Translations under genes and position numbers: made by a program
Shown here: in pieces, positions 1-8,855 of the stretch
How the letters are laid out: every line of letters begins with the position of its first letter
Numbering within the stretch: position 1 is the first letter of the stretch
From: Nitrospirota bacterium
Lineage (GTDB): Bacteria; Nitrospirota; Nitrospiria; JACQCE01
Length of the DNA stretch: 53,616 nt
NCBI GenBank assembly: GCA_016201765.1
Contig: JACQCE010000048.1
Span: 1 to 53,616 of the forward strand
Direction of reading: 5' to 3'
The notes under the pieces: generated by a model
Database searches by the model: none
The model's input: only the letters and a program-made list of their open reading frames with translations
Told to the model about the DNA's origin: nothing

Positions 1-666
1 GGGCGGTTTGGGTTTCATGTGGCCGAGACGCTGACCAAGCTCGGGCATGAGGTGCTCGCGATCGATAGTGATGAGGAACAGGTGGCCCGCGCCGGCGAGT
101 TTGCGACCTACGCCGTCCAGTGCGATGCGACCGATGAGAAGGCGCTGCGGGCCGTGAGCGCCCAGAACGTCGACATGGCGGTGGTCAGCATTGGCGAGAA
201 CATCGAAGCCAGTCTGCTCGTGGTCATGACGCTCAAGGAGCTGGGGGTCAAACGGGTGCTGGCCAAGGCGGTGACCGCGTTGCACGGCAAGATTCTGGAA
301 AACATGGGCGTGTCGGAGGTGATCTATCCGGAACGCGATGCGGGCATCCGGCTGGCCCATCGGCTGACCGCGCCCAACGTCCTGGAGTATCTGCAGCTCT
401 CACCCGGGTACAGCATCGAGGAGGTGGAGGTGCCCGATCCGCTGATCGGCAAGCCGATCGGCGACAGCCAGATCCGGACCGGCTTCCGCGTCAACATCAT
501 CGCGGTCAAAAAGAAGGTCCAGACGATGATCAAGGGCGCCATGCAGAAGCGGGAGTTTGTCAGCTTCACCCCCGAGCCCACCGATGTCATGGAGCGGGGC
601 GATGTTCTGGTCGTGATCGGCCGGGAAGAGGATCTGGAAAAGTTCTGCCGGTTGGGCGAGAAATAA
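1..666 (+). CDS. TrkA/KtrA-family potassium uptake regulatory subunit (RCK_N + RCK_C), 5'-truncated by window edge
   Basis: Frame 1 is open from base 1: GRFGFHVAETL..GHEVLAID (end of GxGxxG Rossmann motif); DATDE, VIYPERDAG and C-terminal GDVLVVIG typical of KtrA/TrkA. Confidence 0.9.
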   Translation, partial: GRFGFHVAETLTKLGHEVLAIDSDEEQVARAGEFATYAVQCDATDEKALRAVSAQNVDMAVVSIGENIEASLLVVMTLKELGVKRVLAKAVTALHGKILENMGVSEVIYPERDAGIRLAHRLTAPNVLEYLQLSPGYSIEEVEVPDPLIGKPIGDSQIRTGFRVNIIAVKKKVQTMIKGAMQKREFVSFTPEPTDVMERGDVLVVIGREEDLEKFCRLGEK

Positions 667-685
667 CCCTGCCGATTCCGCCGGC

Positions 686-2011
686 TCAGTCAACGCGTGC
701 TGCGCGGCGGAACGCGCCCGCCGCCGCTGTAATCGTCCGATCAATATCCGCAACCGTGTGGGCGCCGGAGACAAAGAGCGCTTCGAACTGTGACGGCGCC
801 ACATAGACGCCCGCCTCCAGCATCGCCCAGAAGTACGCGGCAAATTTCCTGGTGTCGGCCGATTTGGCCGACGCATAATCGGTCACCGGACGATCGGTGA
901 AGAACAAGCCGAGCACCGAGCCGACCCTCGCCGGTTGGATGGGGACGCCGGCCTCCCGAGCAGCCTCGATCAGGCCGTTGTACAGGCGTGCGGCGCGCCG
1001 CTCAAGGGCGGTGTAGAAGCCGGCCGAGCGCAATCGGCGGAGCGTGGCCAAACCGGCGTGCATGGCGAGCGGATTGCCGGAGAGCGTGCCCGCCTGATAG
1101 ACCGGGCCGGCCGGCGCAATCAATTCCATGATCTCCTTCCGGCCGCCGTAGGCGCCGACCGGCAGTCCCCCGCCGATGATTTTACCCAGGCAGGTCAGAT
1201 CGGGACGGACGCCGTACAACTCCTGCGCGCCGCCGAAGCCGACGCGGAACCCCGTGATCACCTCGTCGAAAATCAACAGGGCGCCGTGTCGTTGAGTCAG
1301 CGCGCGAAGGCCGGAGAGAAATCCCTCGGCCGGCAACACGACGCCCATATTGGCGGCGACCGGCTCGACGATCACGGCGGCAATCTTCGGGCCGTGCTGG
1401 GCGAACAGCGCGTCGACATGGGCGAGGTTGTTGTAGGGCGCTTGCAGGGTGAGGTGTGCGGTGGCCGCGGGTACACCCGGACTGTCCGGGACGCCCAGCG
1501 TCGTGGCGCCGGAACCGGCTTTGACGAGCAGGCCGTCGGCGTGGCCGTGGTAACAGCCGTCGAACTTGAGGATCAGGTCCCGTTTGGTGTAGGCGCGGGC
1601 CAAACGGAGCGCGCTCATCGTCGCCTCCGTGCCGGAATTGACGAACCGCAGCCGTTCCATCGACGGCATGGCGCGCTGGACGAACGCGGCCAGTTCCAGC
1701 TCCACCTCGGTCGGCGCGCCGTAACTGGTGCCCTTGCGGGCCGCCGCCGCGACGGCCCTGACGACGTCGGGATGCGCGTGGCCCAGAATCAGCGGTCCCC
1801 AGGAGAGCACATAGTCGAGATAGCGGTTGCCGTCGGCGTCCCAGATGCGGCTGCCCTTGCCGCGCGTGATGAACAGCGGATGGCCGCTGCCGGGTTCGAG
1901 GGAATCGGGCGACCCGACTGAACGAAACGCGCGGACAGGGCTGCTCACCCCGCCGGGTAAACGCCGGCAGGCTTGATCAAACAGCCGGCGGGATCGTGGA
2001 TAACGACGCAT
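686..2011 (-). CDS. hemL: Glutamate-1-semialdehyde 2,1-aminomutase
   Basis: [38 protein letters not shown] lysine in [26 protein letters not shown]. Confidence 0.97.
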   Translation of the reverse strand: MRRYPRSRRLFDQACRRLPGGVSSPVRAFRSVGSPDSLEPGSGHPLFITRGKGSRIWDADGNRYLDYVLSWGPLILGHAHPDVVRAVAAAARKGTSYGAPTEVELELAAFVQRAMPSMERLRFVNSGTEATMSALRLARAYTKRDLILKFDGCYHGHADGLLVKAGSGATTLGVPDSPGVPAATAHLTLQAPYNNLAHVDALFAQHGPKIAAVIVEPVAANMGVVLPAEGFLSGLRALTQRHGALLIFDEVITGFRVGFGGAQELYGVRPDLTCLGKIIGGGLPVGAYGGRKEIMELIAPAGPVYQAGTLSGNPLAMHAGLATLRRLRSAGFYTALERRAARLYNGLIEAAREAGVPIQPARVGSVLGLFFTDRPVTDYASAKSADTRKFAAYFWAMLEAGVYVAPSQFEALFVSGAHTVADIDRTITAAAGAFRRAARVD

Positions 2012-2037
2012 CAGTGTGTTCCAGGCAATGGCGCGTT

Positions 2038-2066
2038 ATTCTAATGATAGGGGTGAACCAAGTCAA
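2038..2066 (-). promoter_or_regulatory. Sigma70-type promoter for hemL
   Basis: Minus strand TTGACT-N17-TAGAAT ending ~26 nt before the hemL ATG. Confidence 0.7.
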
Positions 2067-2078
2067 GGTAATGGGACG

Positions 2079-2191
2079 AAGGTGGCTTGGTGGTTAGGTA
2101 CCTTGGTGGCTAGGAAAAGCAAAACAGAATGAGAAAAGATTTTCAGCGTCTATCGCTGCGTCAAAGGGTTTCCTAGCTACCCAGCCACCTT
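2079..2191. repeat. Degenerate octamer tandem repeats in inverted arrangement
   Basis: GGTGGCTT/GGTGGTTA/GGTACCTT/GGTGGCTA at 2081-2112; complementary copies TTTCCTAGCTACCCAGCCACCTT at 2169-2191. Confidence 0.7.
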
Positions 2192-2206
2192 TCTTCTCGA
2201 TGTCGG

Positions 2207-2235
2207 TTGCAAAGGCGTCGGGCATGCCCTATAGT
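2207..2235 (+). promoter_or_regulatory. Sigma70-type promoter for HAD gene (near-leaderless)
   Basis: TTGCAA-N17-TATAGT; the ATG follows 8 nt after the -10 box. Confidence 0.55.
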
Positions 2236-2243
2236 GTTCACCG

Positions 2244-2912
2244 ATGAACGACAAGGATTGCACATGGGCGGAGCTGTATCTCTTCGATCTGGACGGCACG
2301 CTGGCCGATACCAAAAGCGATCTGGCGACGGCGGTCAACCTGACCTTTGACGACCTGGGGTTGCCCCCGCTGCCTGAATCGGTGATCGCCGGCTATGTCG
2401 GCGACGGGGTCAGAAAGTTGATCGCCCAGACGCTGGGGGAGAGCGGGGCGCCGCGTTATCCCGAAGCGCTCCAGCTCTTCCGGGGCCATTATTTGGCCCA
2501 TCTTCTGGACTCCACCCGGTTGTATCCTGGGATGACCGCCTTGCTGGATCGCTTATCCGGGAAAAAACGCGCGGTGGTGACCAACAAGCCGATGGAATAT
2601 ACCGCAAAAATTCTGGACGGGTTGGGGGCGAAGGGGTATTTCGATCTGGTGATCGGGAGCGATCCCTCGACGCCGCTGAAGCCCGACCCCTCCATGGTTC
2701 GCCGTGCGCTGGAACACTGTGGGATTCCGGCGGGGCGCGCGGTGATGGTGGGCGACGGCGTCAATGACATTCTTGCGGCCCGGGCCGTGACCGTCCGTTC
2801 CTGCGCGGTCGGCTACGGATTGGCGTCTCCCGCGGTGCTGCAATCGGCCGGTCCCGACTATTTCTGCGCGACGGTTGACGAGCTGACGGCCTGTTTGTGC
2901 GGGGAGAGGTGA
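2244..2912 (+). CDS. HAD-superfamily phosphatase (phosphoglycolate phosphatase-like)
   Basis: Motif I FDLDGTLAD, motif II VVTNK, KPDP and MVGDGVND motifs III/IV. Confidence 0.9.
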   Translation: MNDKDCTWAELYLFDLDGTLADTKSDLATAVNLTFDDLGLPPLPESVIAGYVGDGVRKLIAQTLGESGAPRYPEALQLFRGHYLAHLLDSTRLYPGMTALLDRLSGKKRAVVTNKPMEYTAKILDGLGAKGYFDLVIGSDPSTPLKPDPSMVRRALEHCGIPAGRAVMVGDGVNDILAARAVTVRSCAVGYGLASPAVLQSAGPDYFCATVDELTACLCGER

Positions 2913-2965
2913 GAAGCCAGAAGCAAGAAGCAAGAAGCAAGAAGCAAGAAGCAAGAAGCAAGAAG
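2912..2965 (+). repeat. Heptamer tandem repeat (AGAAGCA)n
   Basis: One degenerate AGAAGCC, six perfect AGAAGCA units (2919-2960) and a partial unit, between convergent stop codons. Confidence 0.95.
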
Positions 2966-2981
2966 GGAATGTCTGTCCGGT

Positions 2982-4373
2982 TCAATCGACGAGCGGCAGT
3001 TGCTCTTCGGTCGGCTTGCCGTGAATGCCCAGCTCCTTGATTTTTCGATGCAGGTGGCTCCGTTCGACTCCCAGGGCTTCGGCCGTTCGGCTGATGTTCC
3101 ACCGATGCGTCTCCAGGGCGCGGAGGATATGGTCATGCTCGAACTGGGCTCGAGCCTGCTTGAGCGGCCGGACGGGGCCGTCAAGACTGGTTGAGGCTGG
3201 ACCGATGGCGGCGGGGCTGCCGAGCGGCAGCATGCTCGATGAAGTGATCACATCGCCCGGCACCATGATCACAAGCCGTTCGATATAATTTTTCAATTCC
3301 CGCACATTCCCGGGCCATCCGTAGGAGATCATCGCGGCCGCGGCGTCCTCAGCCAGTCGCTTGGTCGCGGTGCCCTGTTCGCGACCGAACCGCTCGAGAA
3401 AATGGCGGGCCAGCACCGGGATATCCTCCTTCCGTTCCCGCAGCGACGGCACGGTCAGGGGGATCACGTTGAGGCGATAGAAGAGATCTTCGCGAAACCG
3501 TCCCCGTTGGATTTCGTCCGACAGTGATTTATTGGACGCGGCGATGATCCTGGCATCCATCCGGTGCGTTTTGGGGCCGCCGACCCGCTGGAATTCCCGC
3601 TCTTCCAGGACCCGCAGCATTTTGGCCTGCGTCGGCAGGCTCATGTCGCCGATCTCGTCCAGAAAGAGCGTCCCCCCGTTTGCCAGTTCCAGCCGGCCTT
3701 TTTTCTGCTCGACCGCTCCGGTAAAGGCGCCTTTTTCATACCCGAACAATTCGCTTTCGATCAGGCTTTCCGGAATCGCCGCGCAATTGATTTCAATGAA
3801 CGGCCGGTTGCGGCGGGGACTCTGCTGGTGGATGGCGCGGGCCGCCAGTTCCTTGCCCGTGCCGTTTTCCCCCGAAATCAACACCCGGCTCAGCGATGGT
3901 CCGGCGACCGCAATCTGATCGCGCAGCCGCTGGATGGCGGGACTGGTTCCGAGAATTTCGAACCGCTCGTCGATGGCCGCCCGGAGGTGGCGGTTTTCGT
4001 CGGCCAGCTGCTGCTCGGTGATGGCGTGGGCGAGCACCAGCAGCACCTTGTCGGAGGAGAGCGGTTTTTCGATGTAGTCGTACGCTCCGAGCTTGGTGGC
4101 GCGCACCGCCGTTTCGATCGATCCGTGGCCGGACATCACGACCACCGTTTGCTGCGGGCGAATTCGTTTGATGCGTTGCAGGGTCTCCAGGCCGTCCAGA
4201 TCGGGCATCCAGATGTCGAGGAGCACGACGGCCGGCGACTCGCGCTGCAGGAGGTCGAGCGCCGCGCCGCCGCCGCCGGCGGTGAGCACCTGGTACCCTT
4301 CATCGCTCAGCACGCCGGAGAGCGTGTTGAGGATCGCCGGCTCGTCATCCACGATCAGGATCGTTTCGGTCAT
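2982..4373 (-). CDS. ntrX: NtrX/NtrC-family sigma54-interaction response regulator (REC-AAA+-Fis HTH)
   Basis: ILIVDDE/LLDIWMP receiver with MSGHG, GENGTGKE Walker A, ESELFGYEKGAFTGA, WPGNVREL, C-terminal HTH; coupled to NtrY-like kinase. Confidence 0.85.
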   Translation of the reverse strand: MTETILIVDDEPAILNTLSGVLSDEGYQVLTAGGGGAALDLLQRESPAVVLLDIWMPDLDGLETLQRIKRIRPQQTVVVMSGHGSIETAVRATKLGAYDYIEKPLSSDKVLLVLAHAITEQQLADENRHLRAAIDERFEILGTSPAIQRLRDQIAVAGPSLSRVLISGENGTGKELAARAIHQQSPRRNRPFIEINCAAIPESLIESELFGYEKGAFTGAVEQKKGRLELANGGTLFLDEIGDMSLPTQAKMLRVLEEREFQRVGGPKTHRMDARIIAASNKSLSDEIQRGRFREDLFYRLNVIPLTVPSLRERKEDIPVLARHFLERFGREQGTATKRLAEDAAAAMISYGWPGNVRELKNYIERLVIMVPGDVITSSSMLPLGSPAAIGPASTSLDGPVRPLKQARAQFEHDHILRALETHRWNISRTAEALGVERSHLHRKIKELGIHGKPTEEQLPLVD

Positions 4374-6640
4374 GGCGCGCTCGGGACCGGCAGCGTGATG
4401 GTCAGGGTGGTGCCGTGCGGACGGTTGGGCCGGGCGCTGATCTGGCCGTTGTGGTCCGTGATGATCTGATGCACGATGGCCAGCCCCAGCCCTGTGCCGC
4501 CACGCCGCTTGGAAAAGTAGGGCAGGAACAGCTTGTCGAGATCCTCCGGCGGGATGCCGACGCCTTCGTCATCCACGCGAACCTGCACAATGGGTTGTCC
4601 CGGCACGTAGCGGGTGGACACCCGTAATCCGCCGTGGCCGTTCATGGCGGCCACCGCGTTTTCAAACAAATTTATGAAGACCCGTTTGATCTGCGAGGGG
4701 TCGAGCAACAGCGGAGGCAGGCCGTCGGCGAATTGCGTCGTGATGTCGACATCCTTGTGCGCGCTGCGGTAGAGCGCGACCACCTCCTGCAGCAGCGCGT
4801 GCAGGTCGCACGGATGCGGGGAGGGCGCCGGCATGCGGGCGAAGTTGGAGAATTCATCCACCATGGTTTTCAGCGTGTTCACCTCGCTGATGATGGTGCG
4901 CGTGGATTCGTCGAACACGGTGGGAAAATCATCGGCGGGCTGCACGAATCGTTTCCGCAGGCGCTCTGTGGCCAGCAGGATCGGCGTCAGGGGGTTTTTG
5001 ATTTCATGCGCGATGCGGCGGGCGACCTCCTGCCACGCCGCAAGTTTCTGAGCTTTCAACAATTCGGACAGATCGTCAAAGACCAGAACCGCCCCCATGA
5101 ATTGCCGCTCGTGGCCCCGCAACAGGGCGATGCTGAAGCGGAGCGTGAGCATGAGACCGCGGACCTCGGCCGCGAGCTCCCGTTCGATGGTGTCGCCGTT
5201 CTGGGCGATGAGTCGCCGGAGATCCTCGGCGAGGGACTCGATGCCGAACGATTTGAACACGTCTTCATAGTGACGCCCTTTGACGGCTTCAGCGCTTGAT
5301 TGCAGGATCATTTCGGCCGACCGGTTGAAGGTCGTCACCCGGCCGTCGGGACCGGTCGCCATGACACCGGTCGCAATCGTTTCCAGCACGGTTTCAATGT
5401 AGGCCCGCCGCTGTTCCAACTCGACATTGGAGTGGCGGAGGGATTGGTTGACCGCCTCCAACGACGCCTTGCTGAGCCGCAGGTCGTTTGTCATGGTATT
5501 GAAGGAGTTGACCAGTTCTTTGAGTTCGTCGGTGGACTCGGCCTCCACGTGGACGGCCAGGTTCCCGGCGGCGACGGCCCGGGTGCCGTCCAGCAGTTTC
5601 TGCATGGGCCCCGTGATGCTGCGGGCGATGTAAAAACCGAACCACGTGGCGGAAAAAACGACCAGGAGCGTGACGGCAAGGAACAGGACGACGTAGGTGC
5701 CTTTGATCGGCGTCTTAAAGGCCTTGAGCTGGCTGTAATCCTCCATGGCCCGGCTGATGTCGTCCAGTTTGCCCGCGACCTGACGGGGCAGCAGTGAATC
5801 GACGATGACAACCACGGGCGCGGCCGCATGTGCCGGAGCCGCATTGCGGATGGGGATGGCCACGCGCAGCAGATCGCCGCTCTCATCGGAGAAGGTGGCG
5901 TCCGCTTCCTTGCCGCCGGCGGCTTCGGCCAGCAGCTGGCCGAGGAGCGCGGCATCCGGACGGTGCGGCGCCCCCCCTCCTCCAGAAGAATGATCGCCGT
6001 TGCGTGTGCCCAATGTCCAGCGGGCCACCGGAGCGCCCCCCCGGGCATACAGGGAAATGCCGGACACGCCCAGGCGGGCGGTCGGCTTGCCCATCACCCG
6101 CTCCAGCATCTGTTGCTGGGCGATGGGATCAGGGGCCTCCCTTGCGCTTTCCAAGGCGATGGCCCGCCCCAGTTCGGCCGCGCGTGTCCTGGTGGCTTCA
6201 TAGTAACCCCGGGCGATCTCCAGCGAATTTTTCAGCGACTGCTCAACCTGGATGCCGAACCAATTTTCAATGCTGCTGCTGATCAGGCCGCTGGCCACGA
6301 TGAACAGCAGGAAGGTGGGGATCAGCGTCAGGCCGACAAAGGCGGCGACCAGTTTGGCGCGGAAGCCGGCGCCGAGCAGTTTGTGGCGTCGTTCAAAATA
6401 GAGCTTGACCAGGTTTCTGGACAACAGCAGCAGCAGAACGACGACCAGGATGACATTGACGTTCACCAGCGTGAGCAGCCAGATATTGCTCGGCAGCAGC
6501 GACGATTCCACGGGCCGGTAGAAAATGATCGACGTGACGGTCAGGGAGACCGCAAGGCACACCGCCGTGATCCACACGGGGCGCATGGGGTGCCTGGTCT
6601 GTTTTGCGGGCGGCTGACCGGATGTGGGGGAGGCGGTCAT
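4370..6640 (-). CDS. ntrY: NtrY-like sensor histidine kinase (TM-HAMP-PAS-HisKA-HATPase)
   Basis: Multiple TM helices, AWQEVARRIAHEIKNPLTPI H-box, NLFENA, DEGVGI, GTGLGLAI; 4-nt overlap with the regulator. Confidence 0.85.
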   Translation of the reverse strand: MTASPTSGQPPAKQTRHPMRPVWITAVCLAVSLTVTSIIFYRPVESSLLPSNIWLLTLVNVNVILVVVLLLLLSRNLVKLYFERRHKLLGAGFRAKLVAAFVGLTLIPTFLLFIVASGLISSSIENWFGIQVEQSLKNSLEIARGYYEATRTRAAELGRAIALESAREAPDPIAQQQMLERVMGKPTARLGVSGISLYARGGAPVARWTLGTRNGDHSSGGGGAPHRPDAALLGQLLAEAAGGKEADATFSDESGDLLRVAIPIRNAAPAHAAAPVVVIVDSLLPRQVAGKLDDISRAMEDYSQLKAFKTPIKGTYVVLFLAVTLLVVFSATWFGFYIARSITGPMQKLLDGTRAVAAGNLAVHVEAESTDELKELVNSFNTMTNDLRLSKASLEAVNQSLRHSNVELEQRRAYIETVLETIATGVMATGPDGRVTTFNRSAEMILQSSAEAVKGRHYEDVFKSFGIESLAEDLRRLIAQNGDTIERELAAEVRGLMLTLRFSIALLRGHERQFMGAVLVFDDLSELLKAQKLAAWQEVARRIAHEIKNPLTPILLATERLRKRFVQPADDFPTVFDESTRTIISEVNTLKTMVDEFSNFARMPAPSPHPCDLHALLQEVVALYRSAHKDVDITTQFADGLPPLLLDPSQIKRVFINLFENAVAAMNGHGGLRVSTRYVPGQPIVQVRVDDEGVGIPPEDLDKLFLPYFSKRRGGTGLGLAIVHQIITDHNGQISARPNRPHGTTLTITLPVPSAP

Positions 6641-7314
6641 GGTTGTGCGGGCTGGACGGTCCCGGCGGAGAATGGGGCGGAATCAGTCCATGGGGTGGAG
6701 AGCTGCGCAACGGGCAGAAAGAAGAACACGTATTCGATATAGACGGGGAGTTTGGCGGATCGCATTTCCGCTCTGACGCTTACATAATACCGGGTGTCGC
6801 CGCGCTGGGAAGGAGGCGCGAGGGGTATTGTAACATCGCGAATATGCGAGATCAAACGATTGACGTCGTCAAGCCGGTCAACCGTCTGGCGGGTCTCGGT
6901 TTCACCCTGCCGTTTGGCGACGACAAATTGCCGTTTGACCAGGTCGTACCAGATGCGGAAGCGGACCGTCGAGGAGTCAAGCTCCTCATCCATCCAGAAC
7001 GGCACGTGGCGTTTCAGGACGACGTAATAGTAGAGGATTTTGCTGATGCCGTGCTGCAGTTCATCGCCGACATCCGGGGACAGTCCTTGCGCCAGGGAGG
7101 CGGAGACGGTGACCTGCTCGCGGGCCGGTTTGACGGTCAAATCGGTGATCCGGCCGGTGTCCGCCGCCGAGGAGAGGGCCGGGAGGGCCACCGCGACGGC
7201 GAAACAGATGAGGTTTGCCTTGATCCGACGCCGGCGGCGCACCGGGAAGGCGGCGGGCGCCGGTTCGGTCGGGAACGGGGCGGATCGTTCCGGTTGCTGG
7301 CCCGCGACCCTCAT
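6637..7314 (-). CDS. DUF4390-like periplasmic protein (start may be downstream)
   Basis: Signal-peptide-like ANLICFAVAVALPALSSAA, YDLVKRQF and YYVSVRAEM segments; usual position upstream of ntrY. Confidence 0.65.
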   Translation of the reverse strand: MRVAGQQPERSAPFPTEPAPAAFPVRRRRRIKANLICFAVAVALPALSSAADTGRITDLTVKPAREQVTVSASLAQGLSPDVGDELQHGISKILYYYVVLKRHVPFWMDEELDSSTVRFRIWYDLVKRQFVVAKRQGETETRQTVDRLDDVNRLISHIRDVTIPLAPPSQRGDTRYYVSVRAEMRSAKLPVYIEYVFFFLPVAQLSTPWTDSAPFSAGTVQPAQP

Positions 7315-7316
7315 GA

Positions 7317-8855
7317 TCAGGATGCGAGCGTGTTCTGCCAGAGGCGTTGGAACTCCGGATAGGGCAGAAAGAAAACGGTTTCAAACGCCCGATCAAACGG
7401 ACGGGAGGCCGACAGCTGTTGCAGCAACTCCTTGACGCGGGGGAGACCGTACCGATTGATCAGGTACTGTGTGGCGGAGAAGCTTTCCGCATAGGCGGTG
7501 GCGGCCTGCTCGGACGAAAACTCGAGGAACGACCCGTGCAACGCCGTCAGTGGAATCAAGGCGGCGGGCGGCACCCGGGCCAGCGAACGTGACGCGGCGT
7601 CCTGGGAGGCCGGGAGATTGCCCGATGAGAGTCCCTCAAAATAGACGGCCAGCCCCTCGTTCAGCCAGGTCGGCGCGCGGTTTTCCGACAGCTCATGCAC
7701 GATGACGTGGGTGTATTCGTGATAGAGCACTCTCGCCAGCAGGCTGCGATCCGGAACGGTGCCGCCCGAGGGGAGCCGGATTTTTCCATCATAGACGCCA
7801 TTGGTCCACGCCGGTGTCTGCGTGACATCGCGGAACTGCTCGTTGTTGTACAGAATCACGGTGATTTCCTCATCCGGAAAGATGCCGAAGGCCTGGCCGA
7901 CGTCGCGATAGGCCAGCTCCAGCAGATCCAGGATTTGGTAGGCCATCTCCCGGTTTTCACCGCCGTCGAATTGAAGCAGAAAGTGGCGCGTGCCGGTTTG
8001 CAAAAAGCGGTTCTGCAGCGATTGTTCGCGGGTCATCTTCGCCAGCAGCGCCGACAGGCGGTCGGGTTCGCGCACCCGCTGGATGCCCGATGTCAACAGC
8101 GCGATCGCGTCGTCCATCTGGTTGCGCTGATAGAGCAGGTCGGCCAGTTGCTCGTAGAGCTCCACTCTGGTCGGATCAAGCGCCACGGCCGCGCGGTACG
8201 CCTCGATGGCTTTTGAGGACTCCCGGCGGAGTTGATAGGCGGCGCCCAGCCCGGCGTACAGGCTGGCTTCCGTCCGTTCGTACTCGATGGCCGTGCGAAA
8301 CTGCCGGATCGCCTCATCGGGATCGCGGTTGCTGATGGCGCTCCAGCCGAGCGCGGCCGTCGCCGCGGCCATGTTGTGACGGAGCACGGCATTGTCCGGC
8401 CGGCGGACCAGCGCCCGTTCGAACGCCCGCACGGCGTCCCGGTACCGTCCCGCCTCATAGGCCGCGGCGCCCTCGGCGTTGTCGGTGTCTGGGTGCGGCG
8501 CGTTCGGCCCCTCGGATTGCAGCGACGGAGCCGCGGACGGGACGGCGGGTGCGGGCGAGCCGAGCGCCTGGGCGCGGGATTCCAACGGCAACAACGGCTG
8601 GATGGCCGTCTGATGCGTGCCGGCCGGAACGGCGTCGCTGAGGGGGGCCTCGACTGGTGCCGGCGGACTGGACGGTGAAGGTGGCGCGGCCGCCGGGGTT
8701 GCGGGCTCGGGTGGTGCGGGCGGGCGGGTCAGAAGCTCGAGGGTTAAAAAACTTAAAAACAGCGTCGCCGCCGTCAACAGCAGCAGGAGGCCAGCCGGCA
8801 CCCGGCCGGCGATCGCCGTGCGCGCGGCCGCCGGATCGCGGCCCTTAGAATGCAT
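7317..8855 (-). CDS. Membrane-anchored TPR protein with C-terminal peptidase MA-like domain
   Basis: N-terminal TM, Pro-rich linker, TPR repeats, HEYTH zinc motif and PTWLNEGLA; ATG at 8855 overlaps the end of the upstream Omp85 gene. Confidence 0.8.
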   Translation of the reverse strand: MHSKGRDPAAARTAIAGRVPAGLLLLLTAATLFLSFLTLELLTRPPAPPEPATPAAAPPSPSSPPAPVEAPLSDAVPAGTHQTAIQPLLPLESRAQALGSPAPAVPSAAPSLQSEGPNAPHPDTDNAEGAAAYEAGRYRDAVRAFERALVRRPDNAVLRHNMAAATAALGWSAISNRDPDEAIRQFRTAIEYERTEASLYAGLGAAYQLRRESSKAIEAYRAAVALDPTRVELYEQLADLLYQRNQMDDAIALLTSGIQRVREPDRLSALLAKMTREQSLQNRFLQTGTRHFLLQFDGGENREMAYQILDLLELAYRDVGQAFGIFPDEEITVILYNNEQFRDVTQTPAWTNGVYDGKIRLPSGGTVPDRSLLARVLYHEYTHVIVHELSENRAPTWLNEGLAVYFEGLSSGNLPASQDAASRSLARVPPAALIPLTALHGSFLEFSSEQAATAYAESFSATQYLINRYGLPRVKELLQQLSASRPFDRAFETVFFLPYPEFQRLWQNTLAS

